Shown piece by piece: positions 55,278-64,000 of a stretch of DNA of 64,000 bases. The translations under genes and the position numbers were made by a program. The notes below the pieces were generated by a model that worked only from the letters and a program-made list of their open reading frames with translations, did not search any database and was not told the DNA's origin. How positions within the stretch are numbered: position 1 is the stretch's first letter; every line of letters begins with the position of its first letter. Origin of the DNA: an uncultured Deinococcaceae bacterium (GTDB lineage: Bacteria; Deinococcota; Deinococci; Deinococcales; Deinococcaceae); the NCBI GenBank assembly GCA_964252075.1, contig CAXULY010000004.1, positions 128,001-192,000 of the forward strand. Reading direction: 5' to 3'.

Positions 55278-55750
55278 GCGATGAGCGCTGGCTGGACGCG
55301 CTCTTCCCGCCGAACGCGGAGCGCACCGTGCCGTGGCCGGAGGTGGAGGAGGTGGTGACGCTGTACCGCCCGGTGGGTGAGCAGGAGTTGCGGCTGATCG
55401 CGGCGGCGGGCTGGGCGGCCTTCCCGCCGCGCCTGCCGGACCAGCCGATCTTCTACCCCGTCCTGAACTTCGCGTACGCCGAGGAGATCGCGCGGGACTG
55501 GAACGCGCGGCGCAACGACCCGCCCGTGGGCTTCGTCACGGCCTTCAAGGTGGAGGCGGGCGCCGCCACGCGGTATGCCATTCAGGTGGTGGGGTCGGAG
55601 GACACGCACCAGGAGCTGTGGGTGCCCGCCGGGGAGCTGGACGCCTTCAACCACGCGATCCGAGGGCCCATCCGGGTGCTGTCGCACTACGTGGGGACCG
55701 GGTACGCTGGGCGCGTTGACCCGGCCACCCACCTCCCTGACGGCCTTTAG
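55274..55750 (+). CDS. conserved hypothetical protein, possible ADP-ribosyltransferase fold
   Basis: TLYRPVG..EL.LI, FPPRLP.QPIFYPVL...YA..IARDWN, H.ELWVP..EL..FN; GTGA overlap with NADAR. Confidence 0.75.
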   Translation: MSDERWLDALFPPNAERTVPWPEVEEVVTLYRPVGEQELRLIAAAGWAAFPPRLPDQPIFYPVLNFAYAEEIARDWNARRNDPPVGFVTAFKVEAGAATRYAIQVVGSEDTHQELWVPAGELDAFNHAIRGPIRVLSHYVGTGYAGRVDPATHLPDGL

Positions 55751-56688
55751 ACCGCGGCGCTCGCCCGCAGCACGCGCGCCCTCTCCCCCACCGCGCGCAC
55801 CTCGTACTCCCCGGTCGCCCCGGCCACGAGGAGCGTCTCGTACTGCGCGAGGCGCACGACTTCCTCCCCGGCGCGCACCTCGGCGTCGCCCTGGATGGCC
55901 GTGAGGAGGTGGAAGCCCTGTCCCGCCGTGTCCCCCGTCTGCACCCCGAGTTCCAGGGCGTCCAGCACGAAGTACGGGCTGCGGACCAGTTCCGCTTCAC
56001 CCGCGCTGAGGTCGGGGAGAGGCTTCAGCTGCCCGCTCAGGTCGACGCGCGTGACGGCGACGCTCTCCTCGAGGTGCAGGGCGCGGCCCGCGCTGGCGGG
56101 GCGGTCCCAGTCGTACACGCGGTAAGTGGTGTCGGACTCCTGCTGCACCTCGTACAGCAGGAGTCCGGGGCCGAGGGCGTGCAGGGTGCCGGCGGGAATG
56201 TACACGCTGTCCCCCGCGTGCACGGGGAGGGACTCCGCGACGTCCATGACCTGGCCGTCCCGGATGGCGGCGGCGAGCTGTGCGGCGTCCACGTCGGGTT
56301 TGACACCCGCGAGGATGGTCGCGCCGGGCTGGGCTTCCAGGAAGTGCCACGCCTCGGTCTTGCCGTACTTCCCCTCCCCCACCATCTCGCGCGCCTGCTC
56401 GTCGTTCGGGTGGACCTGCACGCTCAGCCAGTCCGCGCAGTCGAGCAGCTTGATGAGCAGCGGGAAGCGCGCACCGTGACGGGCGCTGACGGCCTCCCCG
56501 AGCAGGTCGAGGCCGAGCAGGTCATGGAGGGTGCGGCCAGCGTGCGCCCCGGCGGTCACGCGGCTCTCGCCGTACGCAATCCACGCCTCCCCGATGGGCG
56601 GGTCATGGGGTTTCAGGCGCTGGCCGCCCCACACGCGTTCGCGGTACTGGGTTTCGAGGGGGTAGAGGCGTTGCATGGCGCCCATCAT
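55747..56688 (-). CDS. type I phosphomannose isomerase-like cupin
   Basis: [17 protein letters not shown]...LSVQVHP, KTEAW, PAGTLHA, EVQQ.SD.TYRVYDW. Confidence 0.9.
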   Translation of the reverse strand: MMGAMQRLYPLETQYRERVWGGQRLKPHDPPIGEAWIAYGESRVTAGAHAGRTLHDLLGLDLLGEAVSARHGARFPLLIKLLDCADWLSVQVHPNDEQAREMVGEGKYGKTEAWHFLEAQPGATILAGVKPDVDAAQLAAAIRDGQVMDVAESLPVHAGDSVYIPAGTLHALGPGLLLYEVQQESDTTYRVYDWDRPASAGRALHLEESVAVTRVDLSGQLKPLPDLSAGEAELVRSPYFVLDALELGVQTGDTAGQGFHLLTAIQGDAEVRAGEEVVRLAQYETLLVAGATGEYEVRAVGERARVLRASAAV

Positions 56689-57680
56689 GACCCGCCTGGC
56701 TCGCCTTCCGCCAGCAGCGCCGCGGCGGTGCGTTCGTCCGTGACGAGCACATCCAGGCAGCCGGTGCGTAGGGCGCCCAGAATGGCGCGCGTTTTGCTGG
56801 GGCCGCCCGCGACGGCGATGACGGGCGTGATGCCGCGCAGGTCGTCGAGGGTGAGGGCGATGAGGCGCGCGCCGAGGTCCGTCTCGACGGGCTGCCCCTG
56901 AAGGTCGTAGTAGCGGCCGGAGAGGTCCCCGACGGCGCCCGCCGCGCGCAGGGCGGCCATGTCGCCTGGCGTGATGACGCCCGCGCGGACGGCGGTGGCG
57001 TCCGCGTCGGTGCCGCCGATGCCGAGCACCATGAGGGTGGCGCTGCGCGCGAGGTCGAGGGCGGCGCGGACGGTGGGCTCGCGCAGGAAGAGGGCCTGGC
57101 TTTCCGGGGAGGCGACGTACTGCGGGGCGTGCAGGTGCGTGAGGTGCGCGCCGAGCTTCTCCGCGATGGTCCAGGCGATGCGGGCGGGGTTGATGGCGTC
57201 GCTCGTGAGCAGGCCACCGAGGGACTGTGTGACACGCAGGCCCTCGATGGGGCGGGGCGTGAGCGCCTCGGCGAGCGCCTGAAGGCCGGAACCCCACGCG
57301 GTGCCCAGGATGTCGCCGGGCCGCAGGAGGCCCTCAAGGTACAGGGCGGCGGCGCGCCCGAGGCTGCGCGCGAGGGCGTCGCCGCCCTGCCCGTTGGGGT
57401 TGGGCACCACCAGGGCGTCGTGCAGGCCGAAGTGCTCGCGCAGGGCGCTGGCGCTGGAGAGGCGGCGCAGCACGTCGGGCCGCAGGTGCACGGTGACGAT
57501 GCCCTCGTCGCGCGCGCGGGAGAGGAGGTTCGCCACGGTGGGGCGCGAGAGGCCCAACACGCCCGCGATTTCGGCCTGCGTGTGGTTCTCCTGGTAGTAC
57601 AGCCACGCCGCCGTGATCAGGGGGTCGGCCTCAAGGCGCGGCATGAGCGCGGACTTGTCGGCGGGGCGGGCCTTCGGCAT
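56685..57680 (-). CDS. SorC/DeoR-type sugar-binding transcriptional regulator
   Basis: AAWLYY....TQAEIA..LGLSR.TV..LL..AR..GIV HTH; GAVGD, VAGG..K..AI.GAL, LVTDE. Confidence 0.92.
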   Translation of the reverse strand: MPKARPADKSALMPRLEADPLITAAWLYYQENHTQAEIAGVLGLSRPTVANLLSRARDEGIVTVHLRPDVLRRLSSASALREHFGLHDALVVPNPNGQGGDALARSLGRAAALYLEGLLRPGDILGTAWGSGLQALAEALTPRPIEGLRVTQSLGGLLTSDAINPARIAWTIAEKLGAHLTHLHAPQYVASPESQALFLREPTVRAALDLARSATLMVLGIGGTDADATAVRAGVITPGDMAALRAAGAVGDLSGRYYDLQGQPVETDLGARLIALTLDDLRGITPVIAVAGGPSKTRAILGALRTGCLDVLVTDERTAAALLAEGEPGGS

Positions 57681-57866
57681 GGGTGGGTCTGAGCGTACCA
57701 AGTTCAGGTGCCTCGCGCGCCGCCGTGGTCGGTCACAATGCCAGCGAGGGGGCACGATGACCAGAACCGCCGCGCGGGTGAACGACAGGTACACGGGGGC
57801 AGGCGCCAGGGAGCCGGAGGGCACGCAGGGGCGGAGCGGCGGCATGCCGCGTGGGGCGGTGCGCGC

Positions 57867-58262
57867 GTGAAGTTCCGGGCGGTGCTGCAGCAGAGCGGCA
57901 AGGCGGCCACGGGCGTGCAGGTGCCGGCGGAGGTAACGGACGCGCTGGGGGCGGGGAAGCGCCCGGCGGTGCGGGTCACGCTGGGGGCATTCACGTACCG
58001 CAGCACGGTGGCGAGCATGGGTGGGGTGTTCATGCTGCCGGTGAGCGCCGAGGTGCGGGCGCAGGCGGGCGTGGCGGCGGGCGACGAGCTGGAGGTGGAG
58101 GTCAGCCTGGACACCGATCCGCGCGAGGTGAGCGTCCCGGCAGACCTGAAGGCCGCACTGGACGCGGATGAGCGGGCCGTGCTGGAGGTCGAGGGCGCGA
58201 AGACGCCGGAGACCCCTCAGCGGCGGGTGGAGAAGGTGCTGGCGCAATTGCGGGAAGGGTAA
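57867..58262 (+). CDS. DUF1905/YdeI-OmpD-associated family protein (appears internally shortened)
   Basis: G.GKRP.V.VT....TYRSTVA.MGG.F..PVSAE.R..AGV.AGD; AKTPET..RR.EK. Confidence 0.75.
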   Translation: MKFRAVLQQSGKAATGVQVPAEVTDALGAGKRPAVRVTLGAFTYRSTVASMGGVFMLPVSAEVRAQAGVAAGDELEVEVSLDTDPREVSVPADLKAALDADERAVLEVEGAKTPETPQRRVEKVLAQLREG

Positions 58263-58300
58263 GGAGGCCGCCAAAACGACACTTCAACAAATGCAAGTAC

Positions 58301-58332
58301 CTTTGACATGTGTAAAAGATGGGTCGTAAACT
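58301..58332 (+). promoter_or_regulatory. promoter (TTGACA..TAAACT) overlapped by imperfect palindrome, putative SorC-type operator
   Basis: CTTTGACATGTGTAAAAG at 58301-58318. Confidence 0.55.
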
Positions 58333-58354
58333 GAGGGGGACAGGAGGCATTGCG

Positions 58355-59398
58355 GTGACACAGCAACCGGAGATGGCCGCCGCCATCATGCGCGGCGCGC
58401 ACCAGATCGACCTGGGCAGCATTCCCAAGCCCACGCCCGGCCCCGGGCAGGTGCTGGTGCGGGTGGGCGCGAACAGCGTGTGCGGCAGCGACCTGCACTA
58501 CTGGCACGAAGGCCGCATCGGCTCGGCCGCCGTGACGGGCGACTTCACGCCCGGCCACGAGTTCGCAGGCACCATCGCGGAGGGCAGCGGCGAGGCGTAC
58601 GGCCTCGCGGACGGCACGCTCGTCGCGGTGGACCCCGCGCAGCCCTGCGGGCACTGCCCGTGGTGCCACGAAGGGAACCAGCACCTCTGCCCAAACATGG
58701 TCTTCGTGGGCGCGCCGCCGTACGCGGGCGCCATGGCCGAGTTCATCGCGGTGCCCGTCAGCAGCGTGTACCCCGTGCCCGAGGGCTTCACGGCGCAGCA
58801 GGCGGCCCTGCTGGAACCGCTGGGCGTCGCCATGCACGCCCTGGACCTCGCGAAGCTGCGGCCCGGCAGCGACGTGGCGATCCTCGGGGCGGGCACCATC
58901 GGCCTGTACATCCTGATGCTGGCGCGCATCAGCGGCGCCCTGAAGATCAGCGTGATCGAGCCGCTCGCGTACCGCCGCGAGAAGGCCCTGCAGCTCGGCG
59001 CGACCGCCGCGTACCCGGACCTCGCCAGCTATCATGCGGCGGTGGCGGTCACGCCGCGGCGCGGGGCGGACGTGGTGCTGGAGGCGACCACCTCGCCCCT
59101 CGGGCCGCGCCACGCGACGGAGGCGGCCCGCATCGGCGGGAAGGTCATCCTGGTGGGCATCCCGGACGGCGACGAGTTCACCCTCGCGGGGTCGCTGGTG
59201 CGCCGCAAGGGCCTCACCATCAAGCTCTCCAGGCGCATGGGGCACATCTACCCGCGCGCCATCGAGTTCGTGCGCAGCGGTCGCATTGAGGTGAACGCCG
59301 TCGTGACGCACGTGTGGCCCCTCGCGCGCGTGCGGGACGCCTTCGAGATGCTCGCGGAGTACAAAGACGAGGCCATCAAGGTGGTGCTGGAGCCATGA
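58355..59398 (+). CDS. zinc-dependent polyol (sorbitol/xylitol-type) dehydrogenase
   Basis: VCGSDLH, GHEF, CGHC.WC...LC, LEPL.VA.HA, GAGTIG; AGGAGG RBS. Confidence 0.9.
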   Translation: MTQQPEMAAAIMRGAHQIDLGSIPKPTPGPGQVLVRVGANSVCGSDLHYWHEGRIGSAAVTGDFTPGHEFAGTIAEGSGEAYGLADGTLVAVDPAQPCGHCPWCHEGNQHLCPNMVFVGAPPYAGAMAEFIAVPVSSVYPVPEGFTAQQAALLEPLGVAMHALDLAKLRPGSDVAILGAGTIGLYILMLARISGALKISVIEPLAYRREKALQLGATAAYPDLASYHAAVAVTPRRGADVVLEATTSPLGPRHATEAARIGGKVILVGIPDGDEFTLAGSLVRRKGLTIKLSRRMGHIYPRAIEFVRSGRIEVNAVVTHVWPLARVRDAFEMLAEYKDEAIKVVLEP

Positions 59399-60102
59399 AG
59401 ACCCGCGAGTTGCGCGAGCAGGCGCTCGAAGCGAACCTCGCCCTGCCGAAGCACGGCCTCGTGGTGTTCACGTGGGGGAACGCGTCGGCGGTGGACAAGG
59501 GCGCGGACCTCATGGCGATCAAGCCGAGCGGCGTGCCGTACGACGCCCTGAAGGCCGACGACCTGCTGCTGCTGGAGGTGTCCAGCGGGCGGGTGGTGGA
59601 AGGCACCCTGCGCCCCTCGTCGGACACGCCGACGCACCTCGTGCTGGCGCGCGCCTTCGACGTGGGCGGCATCGTGCACACGCACTCCCGGTACGCGACG
59701 GCGTGGGCGCAGGCGGGCCTGGACCTGCCCGCGTACGGCACCACGCAGGCGGACTACTTCATGGGCACGGTGCCCGTCACGCGCGACCTCACGCCCGACG
59801 AGGTGAACGCCGGGTACGAGGAGCACACCGGGCACGTGATCGTGGAGACCTTCGCGGAGCGCGGCCTGAACCCGCGCGACGTGCCGGGCGTGCTGTTGCG
59901 CGGCCACGCGAGCTTCGTGTGGGGCAGGAGCGCGGACGATGCGGTGCACAACGCGGTGGTGCTGGAGGAGGTGGCGCACATGGCGTACCTCGCGCGCACC
60001 CTCAATCCGGCGCTCGCGGAGTTGCCCGCGCACGTGCTGGACAAGCACTACACCCGCAAGCACGGCGCGGGCGCGTACTACGGGCAGACGAAAGCGGAGT
60101 GA
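59395..60102 (+). CDS. araD: L-ribulose-5-phosphate 4-epimerase
   Basis: FTWGNAS, IKPSGV.Y, PSSDTPTH, HTHS, GTTQADYF, HY.RKHG..AYYGQ. Confidence 0.92.
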   Translation: MKTRELREQALEANLALPKHGLVVFTWGNASAVDKGADLMAIKPSGVPYDALKADDLLLLEVSSGRVVEGTLRPSSDTPTHLVLARAFDVGGIVHTHSRYATAWAQAGLDLPAYGTTQADYFMGTVPVTRDLTPDEVNAGYEEHTGHVIVETFAERGLNPRDVPGVLLRGHASFVWGRSADDAVHNAVVLEEVAHMAYLARTLNPALAELPAHVLDKHYTRKHGAGAYYGQTKAE

Positions 60103-60256
60103 TGGCCCCCTGCGGGGCGCCCCGGCCCATGCGCTGGGGCGCCCCGCCTGATTGGATGTGTCTGGACGCGCAGACAATTGCGGCTGGGGCGCGACAGTAT
60201 CATCACCGCGAGTTCACGCCCGCACCGCTTTCATTCCCTGAAGGGATGCACCGCCC

Positions 60257-62887
<2,631 letters not shown>

Positions 62888-62901
<14 letters not shown>

Positions 62902-63541
62902 GGTGAGCGCCCGCGACCAGTTCGTGGTGGCGAGCGGCGACACGCCACTGCTGGACGTGTGGGCGGCGCTCCCGGAGGGCCTGTACCCACCCTTCCCGCC
63001 CGTGGAGCTGCCGGATGGGGTGGGCGGCGTGGTGCTGCGCGGCGGCTTCGCGCAGACCTTCTTCTTCGGGGCGGAGGTGCTGGGCGCGCAGTTCGTGAGC
63101 CGCAGCGGGCGGCTCATCGAGGCGGGCGGGCGCGTCGTGAAGAACGTGCAGGGCTTCGACCTCGTGCGGCCCCTCGTGGGGAGTTTCGGTCGGCTGGGCG
63201 AGGTGCGCCGCGTGACGCTGCGCCTGCGGCCCGGCCCGGCCTTCCTGCACCTCACGCGGCCCGGCGCGCTGGAGGACGCCGCAGACCTGCCCGCGCGCTT
63301 CGTGTGGCAGGACGGCGCGCACGTGCACGCCGTGCATTTCGGCCCGGCGCGCGAGGTGGAGCGCCTGCGGCAGGCGTTCGGGGGCGACGCGCAGGCGCAG
63401 CCGCTGGATTACCGCCCACGGTTCCCGAACGGCCTAGGGATTGGGGTGAGCGACCTGCGCGACCGGCGCTTCGCGTGGGCGGATGGCGGCGCGGCGCCCG
63501 AGGTGCCCGCCCTGTTCGAGCGGGTGGCCGCCGCGCTGTGA
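62888..63541 (+). CDS. glcE: short GlcE-like FAD-binding subunit
   Basis: [22 protein letters not shown]; follows glcD. Confidence 0.75.
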
Positions 63542-63947
63542 CGACGGAGCCAATCCGTGATCTGCGCGCCGCGGACGAGGAAGCCGTGCGCGCGTGGCTG
63601 CGCGCCCACCTCAGCCAGCACCTCGCGTGGTGGCAGGACGCCTACGGCCATCCGCCCGCCTCCAGCCTCGATGATCTCGTGGAGCGCGAGTGGCAGGACC
63701 TGCGGGCCAGCGCTGCGGGCGAGGGCTTCGTGGCGGTGCTCGGTTACGCCGACCCGCTGGGTGTGGTGCAAGCGGGCGTGCGGCCCGAGCGGGACCTGGG
63801 CTTCCCGGTGGGCGTGCTGAGCTGGATCTCCGTGACGCCCGAGGCGCGCGGGGCCGCGAGGTGTTCGTGACCGCCGCGAATGCGCCCGCCGTGCGCCTGT
63901 ACGCCCGGCACGGCTACCGCGTGATCGACCACCGCCTGCTGGGCTGA
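63538..63947 (+). pseudogene. GNAT acetyltransferase with internal deletion and frameshift
   Basis: Frame 1 ends ..WISVTPEARG; another frame resumes EVFVTAANAPAVRLYARHGY; the acetyl-CoA-binding motif A helix is missing. Confidence 0.7.
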
Positions 63948-64000
63948 CGCGCGACCGTCACCGTTGCGACACTTGCGCCGCTGGCCCTGCCTCTACGCTG

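Overview
High-GC bacterial chromosomal window, very likely Deinococcus. Supporting signs are the Deinococcus/Thermus-type DnaE insertion, many leaderless genes with a TANNNT -10 box 6-7 nt before the start codon, and an RDRM/DdrO-type palindrome. Housekeeping genes include dnaE, dnaB, nrdR, a HisJ-family phosphatase, glcFDE, NAD salvage, a sugar ABC transporter and polyol catabolism. The main accessory region is an AT-rich defence island (about 13.4-17.7 kb) next to dnaE. It encodes a fused nuclease-methyltransferase, a specificity subunit and a HEPN-like (RxxxxH) protein. Two identical CAG-T8-A tracts sit exactly at the reading-frame breaks, and together they would restore one 1152-aa R-M-S fusion. 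Beside the island is a TetR module bounded by a decayed duplicate of the hisJ 3' end. Other notable items: a duplicated promoter + ~27-nt hairpin-RNA cassette flanking an APH(6)-like kinase; an RDRM-controlled small zinc-ribbon gene; a NadM-Nudix/NadV/NADAR/ART-like operon; a stand-alone PriL-CTD/PriX-like protein; and a DUF1998 helicase with a UvrD/PcrA-like Tudor tail. No rRNA, tRNA, CRISPR array, transposase or integrase was recognised. All family assignments come from motif recognition by eye, not from database searches.
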